This document shows, piece after piece, positions 13,501-26,210 of a stretch of DNA of 64,000 nt. A program made the position numbers and the translations under genes. Below the pieces are notes generated by a model, which had not been told where the DNA came from, made no database searches, and saw nothing but the letters and a program-made list of their open reading frames with translations. The DNA comes from Lepidodermella squamata (Eukaryota; Animalia; Gastrotricha), in the NCBI GenBank assembly GCA_047495785.1, contig JBLDXI010000017.1, positions 1,674,001 through 1,738,000 on the forward strand, given 5' to 3'. Every line of letters starts with the position of its first letter. The first letter of the stretch is position 1.

Positions 13501-16500
13501 AGGTTAAAAATAAGTTTTTTCTCAAAAATTCTGAAATTTGTACCGAAGACGAGCAAATTTATTCCTGGAAATTTTGAGAATTTTTCAACTTTCAAATAAT
13601 TGTTGGCAATCTAGAATTTCAAAAAATGTAGACATCCCGAAACGATATCTAAATTTGCACTACTGAAAATCGATTCTTTATCCTATCACTCCGAGTTTGG
13701 TCTCAAACGAAAGCTGATAGGATGGTGAATTTTATCCGAAAAATCCCATGTTTCTAACTTTCAACGCCGTTAGTCCAAGTCTAAGATTACCCTGTCAATT
13801 ATTACCCTACGATAAAGTGGTACTTCTTATTCGATAGCCAAATTCTATTTTCAATTTTTTTCAATAATTTTATTAATTAAATTTTTTTTAGCCTGATACA
13901 ATGGCCGCGTTGCAAATTTCACCAGCTGATCTGTTGGATGGACCAGATTCGACTAGCGAAAACGACGGTCACTATCCATGCGTATTCTGCGAGAAAATGT
14001 TCACTTCAAAGCGAGGCCGCAGTCGCCATTATTACTGGACGCACCAACAGCGGCTGAAGGACTACCCGGCGTCGTTATCGAAAGATTTTGTCGAAACCGA
14101 AAGTGCGGCTGGTCCGCCTAAAACCGAAGGCGCTGATGCTATGTTCACGTGCCCTAAATGCCAGAAAAAATTCTCACGCCGCGTCGGGCTGTCAATTCAC
14201 ATGACCCAGGCGCATCGGAATAAAGAAGCCCCGACGACCACAACAGCGCAAAAACCAGTTGAAAGTAATCCGGTTGAACCGGTGTCTGCCACGCCGAGTA
14301 AATCTGCGCAAAAGAAGGCGGTACTGCCGTCGGCCAATGCGCAATGCCTCATGTGCGAGTTGGGATTTTCGAGCCAAGGCGAAGTCTTTCAACATTTGCA
14401 AGAAGCTCACGGCATTTCAGATCCGACTGATGAGCACTGGTAATTTTTTACTAATTTTAATATTTAAAATTTGATTAATTAAAATTATTTTTAATTATAA
14501 ATTTAATGTAAATTTACCAAAATTAATAAATCAATATTTTAATTAATTAATTTAAATTGATTTGAATAAAAATGAATTTTAATTATTTGAAATTTATTAG
14601 ATTTAATCAACTAATTTAACTAATTTCCCTTAATTTAATACTTGCAGGGTTTGGGCTGTTGTTCACGCGGATTCTGAAGAGGACAATGAGGAATTTATGG
14701 ACGACGATTTTGTGCGTGAAATTCCAGTGCAAGAACTGCAACGACTTCAAAACCTAACCTGCACAGCTTGTGACCAAAGTTTCCCGAACGAACTGCTCTT
14801 CCGCGGCCATATGCTACTCGAACACCGGATAAATGTGACCAATGGCAATGTTGTACAACAGTCGAGTGGCCAATCGCTGCCTGTTGGCTCAACGAGTGCA
14901 AGCTCGGCAAATTCGACCCCGGAATCGGTGGCGGAACATCGGTGTCAAGTTTGTAACAAAATGTTCCAATCAAGCCGAGCGTTGAATATCCACATCCATC
15001 ACACCGGCCACGTGGTTGGATCCCCGCCCGTAGCCGCTCAGCCTCAAAAGCCGAAGCCAGCCGGTTTGCTGAGGTGCACGAACTGCCCCGACCAGCCGAT
15101 TTTCCCGAATCAAGGCGAGTTATTAGGCCATCAACAGCGGAAACATAAGCCGTACAGATGCTCGAAATGCACGGTTTTGGTCGAAGGCCTGGACGCGTTG
15201 CAAAGCCACCGCTGCGAACCAACCAACCGGAAACGCCCGGCTGAGGTTGTTGATTTGATCAACGACAAGAAACCGGCGAAAAAGCCGAGTAATCCTAATC
15301 AGAAAGTGCCAGTGGCAGGCGATAGCGTTCAATGCGGCGGGTGTCGGCGTGTTTTCGTCTCAACGCGGGCGTTGCACATCCACCAGAAAATGTCCGGCTG
15401 CTACTCGCCCCCAGCTGCGCATAATACTATCACAATTTCGCCTGTTGAATCAGCGTCGAGTGAACTGGCCGAAATTTTCCCGTGCGATATGTGCCACGAG
15501 GTGTTCTCCCGGGCTCAGGGCCTGGCGTGCCATAAACGGTCGAAGCATTCCTACGTTTCGATGAGCCCGAGAAGCATAGCCGGTAGACAGCGGACGTTGG
15601 AGAAATCGGCGGTGGGCGGCGATAACCCGGCGAAACCAGGTTTTCAATGCAAGTCGTGTCAAATCACGTTCAGGTCACGCTTCGATTTGATTGAGCACAA
15701 GAATAGTGTCGAGTCGAAGTGCGGGCTCGACCGAACGACGAAACGCCGGTCGTATCAGGGCCACGTTTGGTCTGCGATTCGATTTGCCCTAGTCGCGAAA
15801 ACTGATGCGATTAAAAAGCGACACGAGGTGGTACGGAAATGGGTGGGTAAAGTTGCTGAGGCGGCCCCTCGTGAGGCCACCCCGCCGCCGCCTAAACCGG
15901 AGAAAAAGGCAAGAAAATCAAAGTCGAAACATGCCAGCCCGCCGACGCCACAGCGATTGCCGGGTAAGAAAACGTCGCCGATTTTGCCGCCGAAACCGAC
16001 TTCTCCGGTCAGGTCGGCGAGTGGCTCGGTAGCGGCGCCTGGCGTGCACCGGTGTTCGATGTGTGCACGTGAATTTCCGACCTCTGTCCAGCTGATGATT
16101 CACTACTGTCGAGACAACTGTGCCGCTTCGGTGAAAACTCAGCCGGAACCCGAACCATCCTCTCAGGTAAAATAAAATTTCAAAAAAATTTCAAAATCGA
16201 AATTAAATTTCAAAAAAATTTCAAAATCGAAATTAAATTTTAATATAATTTCAAAAATTTTTTAAATAACTTTTTTTAATTTGAATGAGATGAGAAAGGA
16301 AAAAAATGAAAATTTTTGTTATCCTTGACCTACTTGAAAAATTCGCGGACCATAGTTTTTTCGTCAGCAATATCCTTCTTTTGACAGCAAAATCCTTTTT
16401 CTCACAGCAATTTTTTTTCGCGAGGAACATCTTTTATTTACAGCAAATCCCGTTTTATTTCAGGAGAAAAGAAAAAAATTGCAAGTTGAAATTGAAATTA

Positions 16501-18617
16501 ACCACGCGATTCAGCGTCGCGTGTTTAGTTAGCATCATCACATGTCAGTAGCATTGTCAGTAAATTATTGCTAAATTATTCGGAAAAAATGTCAGCTTTT
16601 TCTGAAATGAACATTTCCCAATTTTCCACGTCACCCTATTTCCCCAGGGCCATGTCGTGATTGTTGCAAAAAAAACATGGTATGTTGGCTTCCGCCCGGC
16701 ACCGCGATGGCCGACGGGCCTGATGACGTAAGGGACAGATTCCATTTGATGGACCTCAATATTGATATTACGGCTCACTGCGATTGCTGTAAGGGCCTCC
16801 TCCTCGCCCCAGTAGCCTAGATCCGACAGGCGTAGAACTGCAAATAAAGTTAATTAAGTTTTGCACACATGAAACGCGATGCAAATTAATTTACCAAATT
16901 CCAAATAATCTTCCAAGCCGTAGGGCGTATTCTCCTTGTCACCCGGGTGAATCCCGGCGAAGTAAGGCATCACCAATTCAGCGTTGTCGGTGAGCCAGTC
17001 TACCGCCTCAGCCCTCAGCTATGCATGGTCGTCCTCCGAACCGTGGAGGAGTAGTGCCATCGCACGGAAGACACAGTTCCCGTCACTCAGAACATCGTGC
17101 ACGGCGAATCGGTCGTATCGGTCACCGTCACGAGGGCAACCGTCACCAGCAGGCGGAGACTTCTGTACTTGTTTGCGATTCTTTTTGGATTTAATCGGCG
17201 AAGGTTCCGGAGAAAAAAGTGAAGATGCGGTGGACGTAGCAGATGAACGACCTGCCTTTCTGCGCAAAGCTCGACGCTTACGAGTCTTCGCTTTTGATTT
17301 GATCGGCGAAGGTTCAGGAGAATGTAGCGACGATTCGTTCGACGTAGCAGGTGACCGAGCTGCCTTGCTGCGCTTACGAGACTTCGGTTTCTCGAGACCG
17401 TTATGTTCTGTCAAGAAACAGCCTGAAATTGCCATCTTTTTCTTCGTTTTCTTGACTTCTTCGCCTACTGACTCAACAGCTTCGCCTTCTTTCTCTTCGA
17501 CAGCTTCGTCATCATATCCGCCTTCATCATTGCAATCTTCAGCCGAATCCGAATCAAATTTAAGCGCATCAGATGCCTTTTTCGGCCGGCCGCACGATGA
17601 ACCACCAAGAGAGGCAGCTCGATGCTCACTCGGAATTGCTTCCAACCCGGTGACATGTCGCACCATAACAGAGTGAACACAAGGCGATTTTTTGGAGCCG
17701 TGGAAGCAGGTGCAGGTTGTGCCAGTCTCTGTGTTGTGAACCAGAAAGACGTTGGAAATCGACCATTTGTAGGCGTCATAGCATATCCAGTTGCTTTCTT
17801 GTCGATTTGTGACGCAGCGATCTAGCGAATCGGTTTCGACATGGCAACTGGTGACGACGTAGAAGTCCCCATCGACATTGAAAACCTTCATGTGCGGCTT
17901 CTTTTTTCTTGGATTTTCTTGGCAACGCTTTGCAACTTTCAATTTCAATTTCAACTTGCAATTTTTTTTCTTTTCTCCTGAAACGGGATTTGCTGCAAAT
18001 AAAAGATGTTCCTCGCGAAAAAAAAAAATTGCTGTGAGAAAAAGGATTTTGCTGTGAAAAGAAGGAATTTGCTGACGGTTAAAGTATAATTCAAATTCGC
18101 TAATTTAAATCCAGCTTAAACAAATTTAAATTAAACTGAAATTAAATTTAGAATTACTTGTGGTTATTTATTTGGATTTCTGATAACAAATTATGAAATT
18201 CCCGAAAAATTTAAGAAGGCATTTTGGGACCATAATTTGGGACCACATTTGGTTTCACTAATTGTAGGACCCATTTAATACTTTATTTAAAAAATTAAAA
18301 AAAATTGAATGATGGAGCTAATATTAAACAGCTAATAAATTTTGAAGAATGATTCTATTTTCTTTTTTTTCGTGTTTCAGCCAATCGTTGAACCATCTCG
18401 CAGCTCTCTACCTTCATTCCCGTCTGGTTCTGACCTTACCTCGTTACTTCCAGCCAACGCCGGTGCCTTAGCCGATCCAGGCCTGTCATCATCATCATCG
18501 CTGCTGTCTTCTGCTAATTTAGGCGGAGTGCCGCGCAAAGCCGCGCGCATGAAACGCCCGACCACTTTCGAAAGCAGCGACGACGCAGCCGATCGGCCCT
18601 CGCCAGCCTTCCAGTAA
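10588..18617 (+). CDS. Large multi-C2H2 zinc-finger protein, about 5 exons (approx. 10588-10868, 11217-13422, 13892-14439, 14649-16167, 18381-18617)
   Basis: Many dispersed CxxC...HxxxxH fingers in ORFs 11254, 13901 and 14697. The last intron is phase 0 (CAG|GT ... AG|CCA) and contains a transposon. Confidence 0.8.
16175..16240. repeat. 30-bp tandem duplication (AAATTTCAAAAAAATTTCAAAATCGAAATT x ~2.2)
   Basis: Read directly in the intron. Confidence 0.85.
16362..18077 (-). mobile_element. Non-autonomous Mutator-like (MULE) element with ~137-bp inverted repeats
   Basis: 16362-16499 is a near-perfect reverse complement of 17941-18077, with CAGCAA-ATCC-TTTT sub-repeats; encloses a SWIM finger and GRPKK transposase tail. 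No clear TSD. Confidence 0.75.
16636..17954 (-). pseudogene. Truncated MULE transposase C-terminus (SWIM, GRPKK) fused to an OTU deubiquitinase domain
   Basis: CTCFHGSKKSPCVH; GRPKKASDALKFD; OTU DGNCVFRA, YWGEEEALTA. In-frame TAG at 17019-17021; the His motif NNHDMAL lies one base out of frame after a T8 run (16668-16675). Confidence 0.75.
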
Positions 18618-20019
18618 TTCGTATATAAAATAAAGCGAACCGTCACTCTTGTCAGCAAATAATTTACATGAACACACAACTTCACATTTATATTGCCGAG
18701 TCCGGAAAATTATATGTTTACATTCGATATATATATACTAGTAACGAATTTTTACAAATCTTTCCCAGCCTTGTCTTTTACCCAATGCTGTATCACTTCC
18801 AGTCAACAGAAAAGTAAGATGGGCTCGAAATTAAATCAATCAATACCGGGAAAAATAATTTTATACGCTAAGCTAGTTTTTTAACAATAATTATGCTAGT
18901 TTTGTTGGAGAGAATAATCAGATGAATATCTTTATATTGTTGAGATCATTTATCTACGTATATATAAATAGGCCTTTCTTGTGATTCAGATCAAAATTCA
19001 AATCGAAACCGTGTTATATCGAGTCATTTTTTTTATATTCAACGCAAATGAACAACTCGTTTTTGTGATCTTCATCGAAAAAAGTCGCACTATCTATCAT
19101 CAGCATTTATTATCATGTCAATTATTCTGATTTCGAAACTTGTCAGTTTTTTTCCGATTCCACGACAAAATTACGCTATAATTGAAAAGCAAAAATCCTT
19201 ATAATTTTTTTGGCTAGTTTTTACTCACTTCTTCCGTGATTTCGCGTCGTCCAATTTTTGTGGTAACTCTGTACAGTCAGTTCGCTGCAAAAGTGTCTCG
19301 TGGCTTGCCTTTTGCCGTATATATATATGAAAATTCGAGAATAGTTTCGGACTCGTTTTAGAAGAGGCTAGTACTACTACTATTGCTGTATAAAAAAATC
19401 ACGTGCTTTAGGTTGTGTCCCTGCTCGCCGCAGCACATAACCTGCGCCTTTGTTGTTTCTTTATCTTCTAAAATCTTTTCATCTTCTTCATCTCGCTGTT
19501 ATAAAAGAAAAATAATACGTACTATACAACGATTACAATCGTGTTTTTTTACAGCAAATGTGTGCGAAATGTGTGCATCAGTGTGTGAGCATTGAAACAA
19601 CTGAAATCGAAAATAAAACATGAAAGAAAGAAATCAACAGGTGGTTGCGTTTTTGACCTAGTAATTGGTCCAATTCGAAAGAGCGAAAAACGTGCAAATA
19701 AAGGAAAATATAGCTAATGGAAATCAAAATTTTAGCCGGTAAAATATCCATGCTTTCAACAAAATTAAGAAAATTATCGGACTGGAAATTCAAAAAGATT
19801 TTATGGTCATTTTGATTTTTTTTAATTAGCCGCGAAATTCCAGAAAATTAAAAAGATTTTTGGGCGAATTATGTAATTACTCGAAAATTGGTTCCGCTTC
19901 CGGTCAACTTTCGCTCCGCTGAAATTAAGACCCGAAAAATATTAGGTATGGAAAATATTTTTAGGTGGAGTTTTCTCAATTTTTCCGCTTTTGTTTTATT
20001 ATCCTGATTAACTGTTGCA

Positions 20020-20853
20020 TTATACGTTCATTTGCGTGAAATTTCTGCAATGCGGTATAGAACAGACGATGATGAGGATGAAAATAGTGATAATTGACAG
20101 AATGCCGAAGGTCAGTACAGCCATATGGCCGACTTCTACAATAAATGAGCGCTTTGGCTTTTGCTGCTCCTCGATGCCTGGCGCAAATTGACAAACACCT
20201 GGTTCTGTCCACGCTCCATTTTCGAGGCAGCGAATCGACGAGGCGCCATGTATTTGGTAACCCTCGATGCATGCGATGAAAAGTTCACTTCCAAACATGT
20301 CGTAAGCTTGTCCTTTAACGCCTGACTCGTGTAGATTACCGTCAGGAATTACAGGAATTTCTCCACAACCTTGAGAAATAATATTCAGTTTACAAAAAAT
20401 TCGGAGGGGATGGCTATATATACGCTTGGCGCAGAGTGCTTCGTATTCCCAGACGCCTTTTCTGCAGGTAGCCGCAAAAATTTGTTGTTGATTTGTCGAC
20501 TCGAATCCATCCAAACATCGGAAAAATCTTCGATTTCCTGTCTGATTCCTATCAGCGTATTGCCCATTTCTCACCTCGGGAGCGGAATCACAATCTGAAA
20601 ATATTTTTATTGGGACAATGGATTTGAAAAATTTTAGCTCTTACGTACAAGTAACCGAAGAAATAGCGATGCCAACTGGTAAACGTTAAGAATTTGAAGA
20701 AATATCTATGAGTAAAAATCGTTTCATACCCGTTTGTTCTCTATTAAGACTGCTTGGTTCGAATTCTAGCAGTGGATCCGCGGATGTGATTTTGAGGAAA
20801 ATTAAGGCCATTGATTGTAGAATAGCGATAGCGCCAACTTCTAAAGTATTCAT
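20020..20853 (-). CDS. Single-pass membrane protein with two Sushi/CCP domains
   Basis: Signal peptide; CDSAPEVRNG...CLDGF...ATCRKGVW and CGEIPVIPDG...CIEGY...CLENGAW; TM VLTFGILSIITIFILIIVC. Confidence 0.8.
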
Positions 20854-21179
20854 TTTTTGGTAATGTTCGAATTTCGACTTGAAGTGGGAGCAAAAAATGA
20901 ATTTTTGTTGTTAATTATTTTTTGCGAAATGTTTGCTACTCGCCGCACAATTTGCTCATAATCCGCAACGTCAACATTCATTCTTAAATGGAGATTATTA
21001 CCTGTAACAAGATGAGCCATGTTCGCAAAACAATTGATGTCGTTTTTTTGTTGAAAACAACGTCTAAAACATGTTTGCGGGTTTTCAGGCCCTCGTCACT
21101 CGTAAACATTGCCGTTTTTTGCGGCCCCTGGTTACACTTTCAACCCAGTTGTCAAATTATTTTTTCATTTTTTGATTTA

Positions 21180-22021
21180 TTAAGGCCGAGGAACACACTG
21201 GCAGTTAGGTTTAAAATGCAACAGTAAACTGATAACGATTGTTATAACAGCGAATATGATGATACAGAACACAATGAATAAAATACTCGAAGCGTTTAGC
21301 GATAAGTTATCCGGCCGTTTGCACTCACCAGGCTGCGACCAACTGCCATCGTGTTGACATCGAATTTCGGGCGGGCCAAAAACATAAGTCCCTGCATTTT
21401 CGCATACAACCCGACGCGTTGCACCAACAATTCGCCGGCCAGATGTACCTTCAATTTTACCACCTACAACAGCCGGGTATTCGTCGCAGTCTTAACAAAA
21501 AATAGCTGGAATTAATGCAGTAAATTTGTAGATGCAGATTACTTACTTCTTACACATCGGGATGAAAGCGACCAGGTTCCATCAGCTTTGCAAATAATGT
21601 ACGGCTCAGATTCGTTTCCCGCGGCTGAAAAACCACTGTTGCATTGAACGACCCGTAATGCGCCAATTTTCGAATTCCCCCTTCCTAAGTTTCCATTCAA
21701 CACAACGGGATTTTCTGGTTCGCATTGCTTCACTGCAGCCGGTTCTTGCTCAGGTACTTGCGCAGGTTCCTCCTGGAAAGGACCCTGCAGTGCGTTGGGA
21801 ACAGTTTCGTTCTCGGATTGGTATTGGTATTCGGCGGGTTTGACTATTACAGGGTTGAGATAGTCGTAATCCATAGCTTTCACTTTCACTCCAGGTTGGT
21901 GGTAATCCATGGCTTTGACTTTTCGGAAGTCAACTCCAGCTCGGGAAATGCTCAGCAGATTAACGAAAAGCAATGAGTGAGTAATGAAATAGGCAACCAT
22001 TTTGTGAAAATAATGTTTCAT
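21180..22021 (-). CDS. Single-pass membrane protein with two Sushi/CCP domains (tandem paralog)
   Basis: Signal peptide; CEPENPVVLNG...CNSGF...CKADGTWS; exon 2 CDEYPAVVGG...CQHDGSWS; TM ILFIVFCIIIFAVITIVISLLL; stop at 21180. Confidence 0.8.
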
Positions 22022-23451
22022 GGTCCTTTGATGACGTTGTGAACATTATGCCGCAGAATTATGTTGTTGTTGTTGCCCACCTGTTGGTGATGGAAAGTTG
22101 CCGTCAATTGCGCGGCGCGCGAAAACAAAAACATTATTTCTGCGAAACGGTCGAGAATCTTTTGAGAAACGTGCGCTATCAACTCCAACCTGTAATTTTC
22201 TGTCCCAAAGAATATGTAGCCATTCTCTTTGTATACATTTCGATACTATTCAGAAGAGATTTTCGGGTCTCGATTCCTTCGAATACTAAAAAATCTGAAA
22301 TGGTCAGGATTTAATGTCTATAAAAGGCCGCACAATGGTTTAAGTAGATGATAAGCATCGCTCCTAATACAGCTTCCATCTGCCAGGCAGATCGCTTCCG
22401 CCGGCCCATGTCCGCTCGGGGTAAAGCTTTTGTCACCAATATTGTAACCAATTGGGCCAAACCTCCGTTAGGAATGGTCAGAAACGCTTTACACACCTTT
22501 CAAAAAGCGGAAATTCGTTTTCCGTAAAATGAAAAACGAAAAACGCATTAGTACATTTTCTGTGATTCCTATTGAAAACAACGAAATGGTTCGGTAATAT
22601 AATGTAATAATAATTGGTAATAAGTTTTTTACGTTTCCTTTTCATCATGTATGCTATTTCACGTGGGCATACATCTACCTCAGTGTACCGAACGCCGAGG
22701 CCGGGCGTTGGTCGGCTCGACTACGACGCCAGTGTTGAAGGAGGACCTCGTCCCCTCGACGCTATCCTGGGCCACGACATAAGTTAATGAGTCGAATTAA
22801 GTTCTGTAGGTTAACCAATATTGAAAATGATCATGCTGCTTTGATTTGGAGCTGAAGTGGACCAGGGTAATAGTAAAGATCAGGAATTTTACAAGCCGAA
22901 GATTTGAGTAGGTTTCCAATACGCTTTATAAGTTCAAGCGTTTTCCTCGGGCGCACTGAGGTGAGCGATTCTTCTTCACCAAATTGAACATCATGCCGTG
23001 GCATCTTCCAGCCCACGCATATATTGCCATAGTATATTCCAAGTCTTAACGAATTTCGAGGCGTCAAAGTCCGTGTTTTTCATGTGTTGTACGCTCATCG
23101 TACGCGTACGAGAGAGAATACAGCGCGCATACGACAAATCGCTGAAATACAACATACGAAGGCGCGCGCACACATCGAGCGGCTGCTTTGATCGCCGTAA
23201 CAGTTTGCGCGCTCAAAAACACGCTTTCAGCCAATAGCAAAGCAGAGTAGGTAAAAACGAATTTTCAAGCTTTTATTGTCTTCGTTTGCTCTAATCATCA
23301 TTGCCGAGTATAATTTTGCACGCGCTCACTATTATTTATGGTGTTATTATTAATATTTACGCTTTTTAAACAAGCGATTATTATTAGCGATTATTTTTTT
23401 TTTATAAAATACAAACTATTTGACGAGATTACTAGCTTAATCGAAGTACGT

Positions 23452-24925
23452 TTAATGAACGATGTGGTGTACGATGAGTTGGCGAAGCTGCTCGCGCCTG
23501 GCATGGCCGTCCTGGTTGTTGGGGCCTTGTTCAGGCACTTCGTTCATGTCGTCGGCGTCTTCTTGCTCTTGTGCGGCCAAGTTGGCCAAAAACTCGACGT
23601 CGTCCGCGTTTTGCATCGGATATTCGTCTTCGCCTAGAAGACCGATGTTGTGAAGGGCGCAACAGGCGAGGATGAAGCTGACGCAGCGTTCGATGTTGCG
23701 AAACTCGAGGACTGCGAGTCGCCGCCATTTGCATTTCAGCAGCCCAAACGCTTGCTCAATAATGACCCGAGCTCGGCTGATGAGCTTGTTGAACCTTTCT
23801 TTCGAACGTCCAAGACGACCAATCCGTCGATAAGGCGTGATGCACCACGGTCGAAGCGTGTAGCCGCCATCAGCGATGAGGAATCCGTCGTCGCCATAAA
23901 CAACCTACTCGAATAATACATTATAGGAAACGTTGAACTATAGTTTCATTTTCGAACCTGAGGAGTGTTTTCTGAAGCCAGTCCAAGAGGCGAATTTCGC
24001 AGAACACGGGCGTCATGGGCCGAGCCGAAAAAGCCGGCGTTTATGTCGAGGAAAACCATTCGCCGGTCACAGACAGCCTGCATAGAGATGCAGTGATATC
24101 CGTCCTTCCCTGAGTAGTAGCGCTCGGGCTGTTGCTTGCGTATCGGTCTGATGCGAATTTTCGTGACGTCGATCGCACCTCTCACATTCGGAATGTGGCT
24201 TTAGATTTGCAAACATTTTAGTAAAAAATCCGATTTTATTATATTTAATACAAATTTAGACTTTGTTAATTATTCATTGATAGAAATTTTTAAATCCAGA
24301 AATGCTTTACTAGAATTCCGATTATTCCTAAAATCGAGAACTATTTTACTAATATTTTGATTTATTTTTCTAAAATTCATTTATTTTTCTAAATTTATTT
24401 AAAAAATTAACAAAATAAGAACTAGACTCACCACTCGTGAGAGAAGCCGTTAGAGACAAACGCGACGTCAGCAGGTGTTGAAGGCCATTTGATAAAATCG
24501 GACGAGAGGCGCGAAATTCGCGAAGATAGCTGCATGATGATACGAAATGCAGTTGATTGAGAAGTTCCAAATCGATCGGAGACGGTGCGCAAAGGTTCGG
24601 TATTAGCTGCATACCAAAGAAATAAATGTAGCTTTTTATTGAGAGACATGGCCGAAAGTGGTTCGTCGATTTGTTGCTGCTCGAGCAGGTTCAAAATCCG
24701 GGCAACTGTTGGCCGGCGAAGACGAAAAGTCGCTCGAAATTGTTCGTCTGTCATAGCTTGAACCGTGATTTCGAAGAAGTTGTCGACAATTTGCCGGGGT
24801 ACCCCTCGAACCCGTTCACGATCCAAGTCGGCTTGTGCCAGGAATAGTAGGAAATCTTCATCGTCATCAGATGATGATGAGTCGATCAGCTCAAACAGAA
24901 AGTTCAAAACCCGAAGTTCATCCAT
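23452..24925 (-). CDS. Harbinger DDE transposase (DDE_Tnp_4), exons 24925-24432, 24198-23958, 23904-23452
   Basis: FRATFRL, HTH, PNVRGAIDVT, GSAHDARVL, FLIADGGY, RVIIEQAFGLLK.KWRRL, CCALHN; spliced frame uninterrupted, ~395 aa. Confidence 0.93.
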
Positions 24926-25120
24926 GATGAAATTCTAACAAAAAAACAAAAAGCATATTTAGAACTAGATTGCAAAAAAGCCTTTTCAAGTTTATTATAC
25001 GCCGAGTTGAAAAACGGCCGACAAGTAATAGTGCAGGATAATTCGCAAAGCAAATATACAAAACAGGTATGCAAAACAGGTATACAAAACGAAACACAAT
25101 TTTTATCAAGATGACAGAGA

Positions 25121-26210
25121 TCAGTCTTTTTTGGGGATCAACTGGGCGCCAAGTTCGCGGAACATTTTGAGCTTTTCCTCGTGGCGGCGATTTTTATCCT
25201 CGCGGCTAAGCCGCATATTTTCATTGATCGCCTCGGCGATTAGCGACGAAACTGAAGGTCGCTTGAGCTTGTCGACCTTGGGTGTATCAGGGCCAGATGA
25301 GCTCACCGAGCTAGCAACGCTATCGCATCGTACCGGTTCAGCTTTCTGAAAACAGCAAAAATCAGTAAGTAATATTTTCAATAAATTTCGAAGAATTTGA
25401 CGATTAATTTGATGAAAATTAACTAACCTTTTCGATTTTGGCTTGGAAACCAGCACTGATAACGACTTCGGGATCCAGCTCCTTATCACCCATGACGCGC
25501 TGGAACCACTCCATGTTCGCCATCTTCTTGGTCTTCGTGCCGCTAGTGTGTCGATTGTGGTCACGGACCACTCGATAACGTGACATCAAGTTGCGAAATT
25601 TGCCTGCTACGTCGGCGCCGGTAGTTTTCAGTCCATAGTTCAGGTTGAGGCCATCCGAAATCAGCTTGTAACCGGCGTTCGGGTTCTTCAGCTTGCCGCT
25701 GAACTTGCCCAAATTATCTTCGTAAAGGCCGAGTAAGGCCTTCGTGACTTCCTCCCGCTGTCTCTTCGTCGATCCAAATAAAAAGAGTGACGTAACAGCT
25801 GTCGCCTCGACTTCTTCTTCGGTTTCGACCTCGGTATCGGTAGTGTCACCTTCGGTTCGCTGGCGGGTAGTTTTCGGCTTTTTTGACTTCGATGCTTTGG
25901 CGCGTCGTTTCGGCTTTGCTTCGGCGGCGGCTACGGCTGGCTGAGGGTGAAGCTCAGGTTGTAGCAATCTCGGCGTTTGAGACTGCTGAGTTGCAGGTTG
26001 CGGCGGTAAGAATTGGTAAGAATTCGGGACTTGCGAATGCGAAGCACCATGTTGGAAAAAATCGGCTGGCGGCAAGTTTTGGTATAAACCCGCCGAATAC
26101 ATTGAAGGGAAAGGTGATTGATGATTCAGAGAAGATGCCATCATGCCAGGCGTACGAAAAATAGCTGCCAATTCCTCAGGCGTTAATTTGGCCAAAATTG
26201 AATGATTCAT
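25121..26210 (-). CDS. Harbinger Myb/SANT-like DNA-binding protein, 2 coding exons
   Basis: TKALLGLY...YKLISDGL...DVAGKFRNLMSRYRVVRDHNRHTSG...WFQRVMG; basic NLS; C-terminal helix RRHEEKLKMFREL; intron 25427-25346. Confidence 0.85.

Noticed and set aside
13467-13830. Possible transposon remnant in the zinc-finger intron
   Set aside because: Only a 7-bp inverted match (TATCGTA/TACGATA); insufficient support.
16984-17676. 230-aa plus-strand ORF
   Set aside because: Antisense shadow of the MULE/OTU reading frame.
22681-22785. GC-rich stretch considered as an HDV-like ribozyme
   Set aside because: Could not build a consistent P1/P1.1/P2/P3 fold on either strand.
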